From positions 64,001-128,000 of the forward strand of contig CAWGVG010000062.1 in NCBI GenBank assembly GCA_963825865.1: a stretch of 64,000 bases of DNA, written 5' to 3'. Below are positions 35,159 through 46,197 of this stretch, piece by piece. This DNA is from an uncultured Nitrososphaeraceae archaeon. GTDB lineage: Archaea; Thermoproteota; Nitrososphaeria; Nitrososphaerales; Nitrososphaeraceae. The position numbers were made by a program, and so were the translations under genes. The first letter of the stretch is position 1. Every line of letters begins with the position of its first letter. The notes below the pieces were generated by a model. That model had not been told where the DNA came from and did no database searches. It saw only the letters and a program-made list of their open reading frames with translations.

Positions 35159-35989
35159 ATGAAACTCGCCTTTAGTACTAACGCATTCAAAAAATATTCC
35201 TTAGTAGAATCGATCAAAGCAATTGCAGATATAGGTTACGATGCAATAGAAATACTCTGTGATATTCCACACGCCTATCCGCCTAATTTTACAGGGAAAA
35301 AAATTCAAACAGTTAGAGAACTTATATCAAAATTCAATATTCAAATTTCTAATCTAAATGCATTTACACTCTATGCTATTACAGACCTTTATCATCCATC
35401 TTGGATAGAAAATAATGAACATCTAAGAGAATTACGTATTCAACACACTATTAACTGCATACAACTAGCAAAAAAGATTGGCTCCAAGAACCTCTCAACT
35501 GAACCTGGTGGACCCGTTGATAGAAATAGCAGCAACTATGTGAGAAAACTTAAACTCTTCATTGATGGACTGGCTAGGGCAGCGCTGATTGCGGAAGAAG
35601 AGGAAGTAATGCTTCTTGTAGAACCTGAGCCTAACCTCCTGTTAGAAAACTCTAGACAGTTTCTGAACTTTATCAAAGATGTAAATTCTGATTCTGTCAG
35701 ACTTAACTTTGATATCGGGCATTTTTATTGCGTAAGAGAAGATCCCGTAAAGATGATTTATGAATTGTCAGATTATATCGAGCATTTTCATCTTGCTGAT
35801 ATTGCTGATAATAGGATACATAATCATCTAATACCTGGACAAGGAGCCATTGATTTCCGGTCAGTTTTTAAGGCAATAGACAAAATCGGATATAAGGGAT
35901 TTGTAACGGTTGAACTGTACCTGTACCAAGATAATCCAGTATATGCAGCAAATACGGCATACAAATATCTCAAGGATATTATTGTATAA
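35159..35989 (+). CDS. Sugar phosphate isomerase/epimerase (xylose isomerase-like TIM barrel)
   Basis: VEPEP, NFDIGH, HFHLAD, HLIPGQGAIDF and TVEL. Confidence 0.88.
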   Translation: MKLAFSTNAFKKYSLVESIKAIADIGYDAIEILCDIPHAYPPNFTGKKIQTVRELISKFNIQISNLNAFTLYAITDLYHPSWIENNEHLRELRIQHTINCIQLAKKIGSKNLSTEPGGPVDRNSSNYVRKLKLFIDGLARAALIAEEEEVMLLVEPEPNLLLENSRQFLNFIKDVNSDSVRLNFDIGHFYCVREDPVKMIYELSDYIEHFHLADIADNRIHNHLIPGQGAIDFRSVFKAIDKIGYKGFVTVELYLYQDNPVYAANTAYKYLKDIIV

Positions 35990-36082
35990 ATCTTGTAACA
36001 TGACGATCTCACTAGTTAATATGTTACACTGGAAAAGCAATAATAACACCTGCAGTTTGTGTTAAAATGCGGATAGTTTTAA

Positions 36083-36646
36083 ATGCCAAATCGGAAAGTG
36101 AAGGAAGATAAGCCAAGGAAAAAGCTTAGAATGAAACAGATTCTATTACCTCCAATTGCGGCAGGTGTTGCTACACTTATAGGTTTAGTTATAATGCATT
36201 TTGTTCCACCTCCTGCCATACTTGGTACATGTTTAAAGCCTGACAGCGTGGATGCATTCAACGTCTATCCTAGAATTGAGATTATTGTGGACAAGCAGCC
36301 AAAACTGCTCCCTAGCGATATTGGAAAGCAGCCAAAAAACGGCGGAGAATGTCTGCGCGTAATACATACTGATAAAATTGGCAACGTGTTTCACATACAA
36401 TATTTAAGGCCAATTCGACTATCGATGGAAGATTTTATGAAAATATATTCTTATGATAATAGGACAATAACCGTAATAGATAATTCATCAGGGAGTTCAG
36501 AAAGGCAAATCTTAACACTTAGAAACTATGATATTCAATATTCGTACTTCTCTGAAAAAGGGGAATTTACAAAAGTAGAAAATCCATCGAAGATACCTCC
36601 TTTTACAAATAACTTGGTTGCTAGATTGAATTTAACCTCCAAATAG
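36083..36646 (+). CDS. Membrane-anchored hypothetical protein
   Basis: Basic N-terminus, one TM helix, extracellular domain with CLRVIHTD. Confidence 0.65.
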   Translation: MPNRKVKEDKPRKKLRMKQILLPPIAAGVATLIGLVIMHFVPPPAILGTCLKPDSVDAFNVYPRIEIIVDKQPKLLPSDIGKQPKNGGECLRVIHTDKIGNVFHIQYLRPIRLSMEDFMKIYSYDNRTITVIDNSSGSSERQILTLRNYDIQYSYFSEKGEFTKVENPSKIPPFTNNLVARLNLTSK

Positions 36647-36675
36647 ATATAAATAGAGAGGATTTTGCTCTTGAT

Positions 36676-37710
36676 TTGATCATTTTGGCAAGGAAATCTG
36701 CCGCAATTATTCGAGGCGATGGAACGGGACCAGAACTTGTGAAGGCAATGATCAAAGTTTTGAGGATATGTAATACTAAGATCGAATTGATTCCATGCGA
36801 TGCAGGATCTGAATGGTGGCAAAAAGTAAACGGAACGTCCTATATTTCTCCAGAGGTTTGGAAGTTACTTGAAGACAGTGATGCCTGTTTTAAAGGACCT
36901 ACTACTACAATTCCCGTTCCAAATGCTCCTCGCAGTGTTGCAGTAAGTATTAGACAAAAGTTTGAATTATATGCCAATATACGGCCTATTAAAACTTATA
37001 GGAATTCTGAAAAACAGTTAAACTTTGTCTGTGTACGTGAAGCAACTGAAGGCTTGTATGCCGGAATTGAATTCAAAATCAGCGACGACTCAGCTATTGC
37101 AATTCGTAAGATAACTAGAAAGGGATGTGAAAGAGTTGTCAAAAAAGGATTCCAAGTTGCAAAAGATATGGACATTAAGAAAATTTTTGCAATTACAAAA
37201 AGAAATATCTTAAAAGAAACAGATGGAATATTCTGGGCATCCGTGGAAAAGACGCAAAAAGAGTTCAAAAATATCGAGATTGAGGAATATTATATTGACA
37301 ATATGACACAACAGATTGTCAAGAATCCAGAGAGATTCAATAACAGTATCTTGCTTAGCACCAATTTATTCATGGATATAATTTCAGAATGCGCATCAGG
37401 ACATGCTGGTTCTATAGGAAATATATACTCTGGCAATTATGGGGATGCTTACGCAATGTTTGAACCTGCACATGGTAGTGCTCCAAAATACGCTGGTAAG
37501 AATAAGGTAAATCCTGTTGCGACCATTTTATCAGGCGCATGGATGGTAGAATACCTTGGGGAGGAACACATTTCTAGGGCAATCTTTAAAGCTACAGAAG
37601 ATGTTATCAACGAAAACAAATACGTTACCTACGATCTAGGTGGTAATGCTACTCTCTCTCAAATGGCGGATCGAATAGCAACAAGGGCAGACGAATTATT
37701 GAAAAAGTAA
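36676..37710 (+). CDS. Isocitrate/isopropylmalate dehydrogenase family protein
   Basis: GDGTGPE, NIRP, REATEGLY, KRNI and FEPAHGSAPKY. Confidence 0.92.
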   Translation: MIILARKSAAIIRGDGTGPELVKAMIKVLRICNTKIELIPCDAGSEWWQKVNGTSYISPEVWKLLEDSDACFKGPTTTIPVPNAPRSVAVSIRQKFELYANIRPIKTYRNSEKQLNFVCVREATEGLYAGIEFKISDDSAIAIRKITRKGCERVVKKGFQVAKDMDIKKIFAITKRNILKETDGIFWASVEKTQKEFKNIEIEEYYIDNMTQQIVKNPERFNNSILLSTNLFMDIISECASGHAGSIGNIYSGNYGDAYAMFEPAHGSAPKYAGKNKVNPVATILSGAWMVEYLGEEHISRAIFKATEDVINENKYVTYDLGGNATLSQMADRIATRADELLKK

Positions 37711-37718
37711 CCTCTTTA

Positions 37719-38243
37719 TCATTTAAAACTTAACTCGAGTATCGAGAGAGTTTCAAAAAATAACTTCTTTTCCCTTATTGTCCTTCTCTTTAATTTCATT
37801 TCTATTATTAACTCATCTATTTTCGAAATGTTTGATAAAGTTGAAATTACTATTAACATTTTACCATTTTGACTCAAAACTGAAACAGCAGATTTTATGA
37901 GATGTAACGTTGTTTCTATACCAGAAGAACCACCATGTATTGCCGGTTCCTTTTTTTTATCGTCCTCATCTGGTAAGTAAGGCGGATTGGTAACAATCAA
38001 GTCAAATCTAAATCGAAAAACAGAGGCTGCATCACAACAAGCGAGCATAGCATTGTTTGGCAGATTATCTTTGCAGTATTTTAGCGATTCGAAACTAATG
38101 TCAGTTCCAGCGACAATTTTAAAATTTTCATAAAGAGTTTTTAGAACAATTCCTGATCCAACCCCAATTTCTAATGCGGAGTTGCCCCTGTATTCTTCAA
38201 CGGAGTCTCTCATAAGAAAACTATCATCGGATGGCAGATACAA
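37719..38243 (-). CDS. HemK2/MTQ2-type protein methyltransferase
   Basis: YLPSDDS, EIGVGSG and NPPY. Confidence 0.88.
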   Translation of the reverse strand: MYLPSDDSFLMRDSVEEYRGNSALEIGVGSGIVLKTLYENFKIVAGTDISFESLKYCKDNLPNNAMLACCDAASVFRFRFDLIVTNPPYLPDEDDKKKEPAIHGGSSGIETTLHLIKSAVSVLSQNGKMLIVISTLSNISKIDELIIEMKLKRRTIREKKLFFETLSILELSFK

Positions 38244-38502
38244 TGTCTATTCAATTGTATTTATGATAGTTAGTAAGATATAGTTTCTTCATGATTATTT
38301 ACCATTGGCAGTTGTTGGAATTGTATGATTTTTGGACAAATAGAATAATTAAAAAGTTGAGAAGTCTAGGGTTATAATGATTGGAATTTTATCAGCATAA
38401 ATGATGGTATTCCACTCATGCTACATGTATTGACTTGAATGTTAAAAACTCCATGATAATTAATTGTATATATATAATATATATATATGCTGTTACTTAT
38501 CA

Positions 38503-39246
38503 TTATAACGATGGGTTGAATTTTTCAATTTCTATCAAGTCAGCTAATTCTATTAACACTCCTGAGTTTAACTCGTCTATTCTTGTGCCACCAAAGTTAG
38601 ATTTAATACCAAATTTCTTTGCCACTGATGATGCTTTCTTATTTCTTTGAGAAAATATATAGTTCAAATTCCTGATAGTTCTCCTTGTTATTCGCTGATA
38701 TCGCGGAATTAATTTTATAACTACGGATTCGACAGAAGGCTCAGGATCAAACGCTTCTTTATTTACGCTAAATAATTTCTGTAAAGTGAAACAATGCTGA
38801 GCTACAACTGAGATTGCACGATAATTTTTTTCTCCGGGCTTAGCTTGCAATTTATCAGCGAATTCTCTTTGTATCATAAGTATAGCTCTATCGAATTTCT
38901 GTGATGTTAACCAATGAAAAGCATCTTTACTTTTAGAATAAGGAAGATTCGATATAAAGACATCAAATTTAAGGTCGAGTGTTTTAAAAAGATCCACATT
39001 TAATAACTGCAAGTTTGATAAAGTAAAAACTTGTTTTCTTGCTCTTGCGAATAATACTTTGTCGATTTCAAATGAAATTACTGACTTGGCATATTTACAA
39101 AGTTCATACGTTAAAATCCCATTTCCGGTGCCTCCTTCACAAACGATTTCATTTTCACTAATTTGAGATGCTTCAATAACTTTTGCAAGAATTTTAATAT
39201 CTATAAGCATATGCTGGCCAAGAGATCTTCTCTTTGACCATTTCAT
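38503..39246 (-). CDS. rsmA: 16S rRNA dimethyladenosine transferase
   Basis: LGQH, EGGTGNG, SNLPY and FDPEPSVES. Confidence 0.92.
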   Translation of the reverse strand: MKWSKRRSLGQHMLIDIKILAKVIEASQISENEIVCEGGTGNGILTYELCKYAKSVISFEIDKVLFARARKQVFTLSNLQLLNVDLFKTLDLKFDVFISNLPYSKSKDAFHWLTSQKFDRAILMIQREFADKLQAKPGEKNYRAISVVAQHCFTLQKLFSVNKEAFDPEPSVESVVIKLIPRYQRITRRTIRNLNYIFSQRNKKASSVAKKFGIKSNFGGTRIDELNSGVLIELADLIEIEKFNPSL

Positions 39247-39857
39247 TTTCTGACAAAGAGGTTCATTCTAGCTTCGCCAGATATTTCATCGATAATCCTT
39301 TTTGCAATCAGTTTCGCAAGATCTCGTAATCCCACTCTGTTCTGAATGTCTACAAACGATTCAAACTTTTTCTTTTCCCGTTCCTTAATTATAGTCATCA
39401 TATATGTTTTTCCTATGCCGGGAATCAATTCGAGAGCATGGATTCTCGGTGTGATTGGCTGTGCCACATTAACATAAGACACAAATCGCTTCTCATTTCT
39501 AATCACTGTTTTTTCCACGATGTTTGTGAGTTCATTTTTTGCAGTCTGAGATATATCATTGTATTCAAGTCTACCAAGGACACTCGTTACTTTATCGCGA
39601 CCCTCTCTTCCAATATATACGCGCTCTCCAACTTCAAAATTCATATTTTGAACACCAAGTAACTCTAACAAGGTTAGCCGTTCTTCACCAATAGCCTGAA
39701 TGATAATGCCTTCTCTTCCTCTTACTGTAGTTGATTTTCCTCTTTGCAGGAAATCTAGGACATAAGCATATTCCTCATATTTTCTCTGAGATTGTTCTAG
39801 CCCAGAGCTTGGCTCCGTAGTTCTATCACCCTGGTAGTGTTGCGGCGATGATGGCAA
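39243..39857 (-). CDS. DUF655 RNA-binding protein
   Basis: EEYAYVLDF and HALELIPGIGK; conserved rpl21e-rpo4-DUF655-rsmA order. Confidence 0.9.
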   Translation of the reverse strand: MPSSPQHYQGDRTTEPSSGLEQSQRKYEEYAYVLDFLQRGKSTTVRGREGIIIQAIGEERLTLLELLGVQNMNFEVGERVYIGREGRDKVTSVLGRLEYNDISQTAKNELTNIVEKTVIRNEKRFVSYVNVAQPITPRIHALELIPGIGKTYMMTIIKEREKKKFESFVDIQNRVGLRDLAKLIAKRIIDEISGEARMNLFVRK

Positions 39858-39897
39858 TACTTATTCTTCCTGCATAATATATTGACTTGCTTTTTAT

Positions 39898-40230
39898 TTA
39901 ACTTTCAGCATTCATTTGAAGTATATTTATCATTTTTTCGAGCGTAGCAGTAAGAATAAGTTTTTTCCATCCAAATGTAAATGCTCTCAATTCTTCCAAA
40001 GACGTAGGCATTATATTTACAACCTCAACTGCTTCTTCTTCTTTTAATTCGCATTGCTGAATTAGCTGTTTTACCATTTTTTGAGCCATCTTCGAATTCG
40101 TCTTTGCAAATTTTCCGACATAGTCAAATGTCCATCTCTGGATCTGATCCATGTCATCTGGCTTGACTCGTTCTAATATTTCCTTCACCTCTGGTAATGT
40201 AATTACTTCTTTCTTGATGATATCTGTCAC
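39898..40230 (-). CDS. rpo4: RNA polymerase subunit Rpo4 (F)
   Basis: ITLPEVKEIL and VVNIMPTSLEELR; gene order. Confidence 0.9.
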   Translation of the reverse strand: MTDIIKKEVITLPEVKEILERVKPDDMDQIQRWTFDYVGKFAKTNSKMAQKMVKQLIQQCELKEEEAVEVVNIMPTSLEELRAFTFGWKKLILTATLEKMINILQMNAES

Positions 40231-40529
40231 TCTGCATTAACCTTCTCTCTAACTAATGGCTTGATATGGTTAAGCCTAGTTTGCAAAATCTTTTGCTTTT
40301 CACCAACCATTATTACTACCTTTAAGGTTCTTCTTCCCACCTCTTTAATAACTCCTACTTTGCCTTGAAATCTTCTGTGAGGGGTTGTTTTATGTTCTCT
40401 TGGATCTACATCCACGATAACCTTGTCACCAATTTTGTAATCAATTAGCAGGTATGATAAGCCCCTTGCGACGTTATCTTTTGTCATAATGGAACGAGCC
40501 TTTCTTCGAGTACCATGCGATTGTGGCAT
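40227..40529 (-). CDS. rpl21e: 50S ribosomal protein L21e
   Basis: SHGTRRKAR, PHRRFQGKVG and HIKP. Confidence 0.95.
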   Translation of the reverse strand: MPQSHGTRRKARSIMTKDNVARGLSYLLIDYKIGDKVIVDVDPREHKTTPHRRFQGKVGVIKEVGRRTLKVVIMVGEKQKILQTRLNHIKPLVREKVNAE

Positions 40530-40561
40530 GAGGAACCACTACTTAATGGCTTAATTTAATA

Positions 40562-41566
40562 TTATCTAATCGTTCGGGTACCTGGTTCATATGGGTCCGC
40601 AACCCCTTGTTCAGATAACATAAAAAGTACTTCTCTTTCTGGGTGGCAGGGGCTGTCAACCATTCTTGCAATCCGGTTCTTTCCAGAGCGTTTTAGATAT
40701 ACTCTATAAGTGCTAGTATGCGCCACAACGTGGCCGCCAGTTGGTTTAAATGCATCGCCAAATATTGCATCAGGAGACGATTGAATTTGATTAGTTGCCA
40801 AAACTGCCACAGCATAAGTTTCAGCAATTCTTACTAACATGTGCATAAATTTATTGAGTCGTTGTTGTCTTTCTGATAATGTAGCTCTTCCAAGATATTC
40901 AGATCTATAGAGGGCTACCGCAGAATCTACTATCAGTAATTTCACGTTATTGGCATCAATAATAGGTCCAATTTCTTCAATAATCAATTCCTGATGGGCG
41001 CTATTGTATACTTTTGCAACTATGATGTGTTCAAGTGCAGAGTCCGGATCCAGATTTCTTGCCAAGGCAATCGAGACTATTCTTTCAGGTCTAAAGGTAT
41101 TTTCCGTATCAATATATAGCGCCTTACTAGTTATTCCGTCGTTGGACTTCTTTTGCTGAACCATTATACATAAAGTATGACAGAGCTGAGTCTTACCTGT
41201 TCCATACTCACCGTAGATTTCTGTGACTGCCCTTGTCTCTATCCCTCCATCAAAAAGATCATTCAAGTTTTTTGATCCTGTGGAAATCCGTTCTTCTTTC
41301 TTTCTTTTGTCATAAAGCTTCGTAGCCGTAATAAAGCTTTTATCAATAATTCCTAGCTCTTCGAGCCTAACTCTTGCCTTGTTGCAAAGATATACAGCCT
41401 TATCCATTTCCATGCCGGTAGTTTCTGAAATGGCCACTGGTCCTCTTACAACTAAATCTTTAATTGATTTGAATCCAGATTCTTCTAAACGGTCTTTTGT
41501 GGCTAATCCAATTTCCTCGATACTATCTATATCTAATGTTCTACTAAGGTCATTATCTTCTGCCAA
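40562..41566 (-). CDS. radA: DNA recombinase RadA
   Basis: N-terminal HhH domain, GEYGTGKTQ, YIDTENTFRPER, RSEYLGR..RQQ and RMVDSP. Confidence 0.92.
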   Translation of the reverse strand: MAEDNDLSRTLDIDSIEEIGLATKDRLEESGFKSIKDLVVRGPVAISETTGMEMDKAVYLCNKARVRLEELGIIDKSFITATKLYDKRKKEERISTGSKNLNDLFDGGIETRAVTEIYGEYGTGKTQLCHTLCIMVQQKKSNDGITSKALYIDTENTFRPERIVSIALARNLDPDSALEHIIVAKVYNSAHQELIIEEIGPIIDANNVKLLIVDSAVALYRSEYLGRATLSERQQRLNKFMHMLVRIAETYAVAVLATNQIQSSPDAIFGDAFKPTGGHVVAHTSTYRVYLKRSGKNRIARMVDSPCHPEREVLFMLSEQGVADPYEPGTRTIR

Positions 41567-41979
41567 TGTTCATTAATCCAACTGATCTGGCTACTAATTA
41601 GTTTTAAGTAAGTCCATTATTGATATCCTATTCAAAATTGTTGAATCATGCATAATTAAAATTATATGGAATCTGTTTGTATTTAATCGAAGAAAAAATA
41701 TATTTTGCAATCTTAAGTATAAGTCAATCAATCAATCATAGTCTGTGTTCCATAGCATAGTTGTTATATTGCCACAGGTTTAGATTACTTGTTCTGATTC
41801 TGCTTTTTCATTCTTCATTTTGCTGCTAATAAATGATAGAAATGAGTTGGAGGCTGTGCTCATATATGTAGTAATAATTTCTATAACCTACTATTACTAT
41901 GCTATAATGCTCTTTCAAGATGCAACAATTAAATAAAGAAAATTATCCCTGTTCCTTGACTGAAACCCTGGTGTTATGA

Positions 41980-42649
41980 ATGATAGTTGACCTGAATCTT
42001 GAGGGAAAAGATGTAGTGGTTATCGGTGGTGGAACAGAAGGTGTTAGAAAAGTCCGTGGCCTATTAGGTCAGAATTGTAAAATTACCCTTATAAGCAATC
42101 GTTTGAATCGTTATCTTACGGATTTAGGAAAGCAAGGGCAAATTGAAATCGTGAAAAGAAAGATAAAGGATGCAAGCATACTTGATAATTACAAAAATTC
42201 TTTTTTGGTTTTAGCTCGTTACTGATGATAAAATACTAAATCGTAAGCTTGTAGAAAAAGGACGTTCTATGGGTTCCTTTGTATATGCGGCAGATTATCC
42301 CCTTTTTAGCGACTTTTCGTATGCCTCAATTATTAATATCGAGGGAATTATGCAAATTGCAATTTCTACTTCAGGCAGGAGCCCAATTATGGCTCGAAAG
42401 ATAAGGATTAAGGTAGAGCGGATATTGTGCAGAATTATCAAAAAATCAGACATTGAAAATACAAAGTTGCAGGATTTCGCACGTACTGCCGCAAAACCAA
42501 GTATAAAAACCGTAGAAGAAAGAAAAGAATTTTTATATTCCTTGATGCATAATGTAGACATACAGAATCTTATCAAGGAAGATAGGGTTGACGATGCTAA
42601 AACCGTAACACTCGAACTCTTGCATAAATGGAAGAAAGAGAGACAATAA
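41980..42649 (+). CDS. sirC: Precorrin-2 dehydrogenase / ferrochelatase (SirC/Met8-like); frameshift near 42218
   Basis: VVVIGGG Rossmann motif and IAISTSGRSP; upstream of hemA. Confidence 0.85.
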
Positions 42650-43942
42650 ATGACAATGTCTATCGTTGCACAGTCTTTACAGGTAATTAATGCTAGGGTA
42701 ACCTACAGAAACGCCCCAATTCATCTTCTTGAAAGATTCACTTTCAAAGATCTTGATAGCTCCTACAAGACATTTTTAGAAAAAGCAGGCTTGAAAGAAT
42801 GTGTCATCATACAGACATGCAACAGAGTTGAAGTTTTCGCGGCCAGTAAGCATTTAGATGAACAAAAATTACTGGAAGAATGGGGTTCTGCAGTTGGATT
42901 ATCCAATAAAGAGTTTACAAATATTGTCGAAATTGATAAAGATAAAGATGTTGTACTGCATCTGTTAAAACTAGCATCAGGATTGGATTCATTAGTCGTT
43001 GGCGAAGATCAAGTACTCGGACAGATAAAACGAGCGTTTGAATTCTCTCGTAAAAATCGTTATGTCGGTCCTAATCTTTCGATAATATTTGACAGAGCAC
43101 TTAAAGTTGGAAGCAGGATCAGAACAAATACGGCTCTAAACAAAGGCAGCGTTTCAATTGGATCAATAGCGGTAAATTTGGCAGAAAGATACTTTGACAA
43201 TTTGAAAAATAGACGTGTTATGCTCATTGGTTCGGGGGAAGGAGCAAGCCTTATTGCAAAATCATTGAAACAACGTAATGTAAATTTTATGATCACAAGC
43301 AGGACATTTGAAAGGGCTAAATCATTTGCAGATACAGTGGCAGGTAACCCCATTCCATTTGAAAATGCAGTTGAAAATTTCGGCCATGTTGATTTAATTT
43401 TTGTTTCTACTACTGCCCCCTATTATCTGATTACACATGATCGAATTGAAAAAGCTATGGGTAGTCGAGAAGAAGGAATGATGATCTTTGACCTTTCAAA
43501 TCCCAGAACTGTAGAAGAAAAGGTTGCAATAATCAAGAAAGTCAAATTGATAAATATGGATCAGATTGCAGAGATTGTAGAAAAGAACATAAGAGCTCGT
43601 AAGAGTGAGATCCAATCCGCAGAGAAAATAATTGATGATGAAATCAACTCAGTAGATACTATCCTAAAGAGAAAGAAGGCCGAGCCAATAGTGGTTTCCG
43701 TGTTCAAGAATGTAGATATCATTAGAGATCGTGAATTGAAAAAGGCACTTTCTATGCTCGGAAAGAAAATAGGACCTGAAGAGTCTAAAACAATCGAACA
43801 ACTTTCACATGCTATTGTGGAAGGAATTCTTTCTACTCCAATGAATAACCTTAGAAAGGAAATAGAAGTATGTAATGGAAATGAAGAAGAGATAATGAAG
43901 ATGGCAGCAAAGTTGTTCAAATATGAAGACAAACACCAGTAG
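42650..43942 (+). CDS. hemA: Glutamyl-tRNA reductase
   Basis: QTCNRVE, SGLDSLVVGEDQVLGQ and DLSNPR. Confidence 0.96.
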   Translation: MTMSIVAQSLQVINARVTYRNAPIHLLERFTFKDLDSSYKTFLEKAGLKECVIIQTCNRVEVFAASKHLDEQKLLEEWGSAVGLSNKEFTNIVEIDKDKDVVLHLLKLASGLDSLVVGEDQVLGQIKRAFEFSRKNRYVGPNLSIIFDRALKVGSRIRTNTALNKGSVSIGSIAVNLAERYFDNLKNRRVMLIGSGEGASLIAKSLKQRNVNFMITSRTFERAKSFADTVAGNPIPFENAVENFGHVDLIFVSTTAPYYLITHDRIEKAMGSREEGMMIFDLSNPRTVEEKVAIIKKVKLINMDQIAEIVEKNIRARKSEIQSAEKIIDDEINSVDTILKRKKAEPIVVSVFKNVDIIRDRELKKALSMLGKKIGPEESKTIEQLSHAIVEGILSTPMNNLRKEIEVCNGNEEEIMKMAAKLFKYEDKHQ

Positions 43943-44933
43943 GAGAGATAATACCTCGGCCTTTCCAGCTGTTAGATTAAGGCGTTTAAGACGAAATGAT
44001 GCAATACGTGACCTTCTGCAGGAAGTTCATCTTTCAGTTAAGGATTTAATTTGCCCATTGTTTATTCAAGAAGGAATCAAAAAACATCAACCTATTGAAT
44101 CAATGCCTGCAATTCAAAGAATGCCGCTTTCTAAAACTATTGAAGAGGTACAAGCACTTTCTGACCTTGGTATTAGAGCAATTATTCTGTTTGGCGTCCC
44201 ATCTTTTAAAGATGATAAAGCAACTTCTGCGTTTAATGATAATGGAATCGTGCAACAATCAACTGAATTAATACGCAAACACTTCGGAGATAAAATTGCC
44301 ATTATTACAGACGTCTGTCTATGCCAATATACTTCACATGGTCATTGTGGAATTGTATTGGATAAAAAAGTAGATAATGATATTAGCATTAATACACTAG
44401 CAAAAGTTGCTGTAAGCCACGCAAGAGCAGGTGCAGATATAGTTGCTCCATCAGCTATGATGGATGGGCAAATAAGAGCTATCCGTGAAGGTTTGGATGA
44501 AGCTAGATTTAGTGATATTGCAATAATTGGATATTCTGCAAAACATGCATCTCCATTATATGCACCCTTTAGAGATGCCGCTCATTCTACTCCTGAATTT
44601 GGTGACAGAAGGACATATCAACTGCCATTTACCAATGCTAGAGACGCAATGCGAGAAATAGAAATGGATATCGATGAAGGTGTGGACATTATCATGATTA
44701 AACCTGCCATTGCATACCTAGATCTGATTTATCAGGCAAAAAAGAATACTAATTTGCCAATTTCTGCATATAGTGTTTCAGGGGAATATGCACTGATTAA
44801 GGCAGCCGCTATGGAGGGGTGGATTGATGAAGATGCTGTAATGACAGAATTCCTGACATCTATCAAAAGAGCAGGTGCAGATATGATAATCACATACCAC
44901 GCAAAGAAAATGGCTGAATTACTCAATGAATAA
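43923..44933 (+). CDS. hemB: Porphobilinogen synthase
   Basis: DVCLCQYTSHGHCG, APSAMMDG, MIKPA and YSVSGEY. Confidence 0.96.
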   Translation: MKTNTSRRDNTSAFPAVRLRRLRRNDAIRDLLQEVHLSVKDLICPLFIQEGIKKHQPIESMPAIQRMPLSKTIEEVQALSDLGIRAIILFGVPSFKDDKATSAFNDNGIVQQSTELIRKHFGDKIAIITDVCLCQYTSHGHCGIVLDKKVDNDISINTLAKVAVSHARAGADIVAPSAMMDGQIRAIREGLDEARFSDIAIIGYSAKHASPLYAPFRDAAHSTPEFGDRRTYQLPFTNARDAMREIEMDIDEGVDIIMIKPAIAYLDLIYQAKKNTNLPISAYSVSGEYALIKAAAMEGWIDEDAVMTEFLTSIKRAGADMIITYHAKKMAELLNE

Positions 44934-45491
44934 GTTATTGTTTGTGCCCGTTATATACGTAAATAGTTTTTCTCTTCTCTGCTGACAACCCAATTTCAAA
45001 GAATTCGCAGATGGATAATATCCTTGCTGTTAGATTGAGAATTTAAAGATTTCCTTGCTGTCATCCTGACTTAAAAACTGTTAGAAGTAAACAGGGCCCA
45101 AGGTAGATTCCAATAGTACTATTACTCCGTAGATAAAGAGGTTACTTATAATTTATTTTTAATAGAGTTATTAAATTAACTAATAACTACCTCCTACACA
45201 ATACAAATATAAGAATAATCAAACGTATTGTTCCCATAGGATTAAACTCTGCAAAATTGAGTCAGAATTGATTCACATTCCACCGGATTGCTTCAATCTA
45301 ACTGAAATCCCTTTCCTACACTATGTGATCGGTAATTAGTGAACTTCGACCATGTGATTTTTAAAAAGTAAAGCCGCCAAATAATAGGTAGTTATCATAT
45401 CATTTGAAGGAGAGATACCTTTTTCAGGCAAGTTGTTTAGATTGTATAATGCAATTTAAATAACTTCATCTGTTATAATAGATCGACAGTA

Positions 45492-45836
45492 ATGAAAAAA
45501 GATTCTATAGTTTCAAGAATTGAAGCCTCGCAAGACGGCAGCCCTTATGTGTATATTACATTTAGTGATCCCAATGACTACAAACCAGGAGGAGAAAAGC
45601 AGCAGCAAAATCCTTTTGGTCCCAATGTCATGGCATTCACATCTCCAGAGGATTTGATGAAAAATTTACCTAAGGCTATGGGAAACATTTCTAAAATGAT
45701 GGGTGGTGGAGGTGGTATAATCACTGATTCACCTACTTTTAAAATGAGTATGAAAGAGTATGAGGATATGAACATAAAAGTTGGTGATAAAGTCACGTTA
45801 GAAATTAAAAAATCAGATAGCGGTAGTGGAATATAG
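45492..45836 (+). CDS. Conserved hypothetical protein
   Basis: Intact ORF, TTTAAATA upstream, beta-barrel-like C-terminus IKVGDKVTLEI. Confidence 0.7.
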   Translation: MKKDSIVSRIEASQDGSPYVYITFSDPNDYKPGGEKQQQNPFGPNVMAFTSPEDLMKNLPKAMGNISKMMGGGGGIITDSPTFKMSMKEYEDMNIKVGDKVTLEIKKSDSGSGI

Positions 45837-45983
45837 GGCTAATAGAAGTTACTACTATATACATAAAGCTGATGACCTGACAAGGTCATTACTACCAAGC
45901 CTTATTCCCTTTTTTTATATATCAATACCTGACCGTATGTACATGTCACATGTTTGTCAGCGATAGCATAATCATATAAATTA

Positions 45984-46145
45984 TTACTGCCCACTTGCAG
46001 CCTGCATCTTTCGGATTAGTTGATACATATTGTTATGACATTGACATTCACAAATTCTTGTGGTTTTTGAACCATCGATAATTTCTATTTTATCGCCTTC
46101 GCATAAACCGTGCTCGTTTTGGATACACTTTTCTGATTTATCCAC
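45984..46145 (-). CDS. Small Cys/His protein, 53 aa, with C-x4-H-x2-C and CxCxCH motifs
   Basis: Read by hand: VDKSEKCIQNEHGLCEGDKIEIIDGSKTTRICECQCHNNMYQLIRKMQAASGQ*; GTG start, TTTATAAT upstream. Confidence 0.6.
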   Translation of the reverse strand: MDKSEKCIQNEHGLCEGDKIEIIDGSKTTRICECQCHNNMYQLIRKMQAASGQ

Positions 46146-46197
46146 TATCTACAATAACCAACGAACTATTATAAATAATAATTACCTGTGTTAGCAT

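Noticed and set aside
1986-42649. Programmed frameshifting or mass pseudogenisation
   Set aside because: The breaks lack shared slippery motifs and hit essential ribosomal and lipid genes; sequencing error is more parsimonious.
2543-44926. Numerous 60-180 aa antisense ORFs in the track (e.g. 7437-7979, 43561-43932)
   Set aside because: They are shadows of well-supported genes on the opposite strand.
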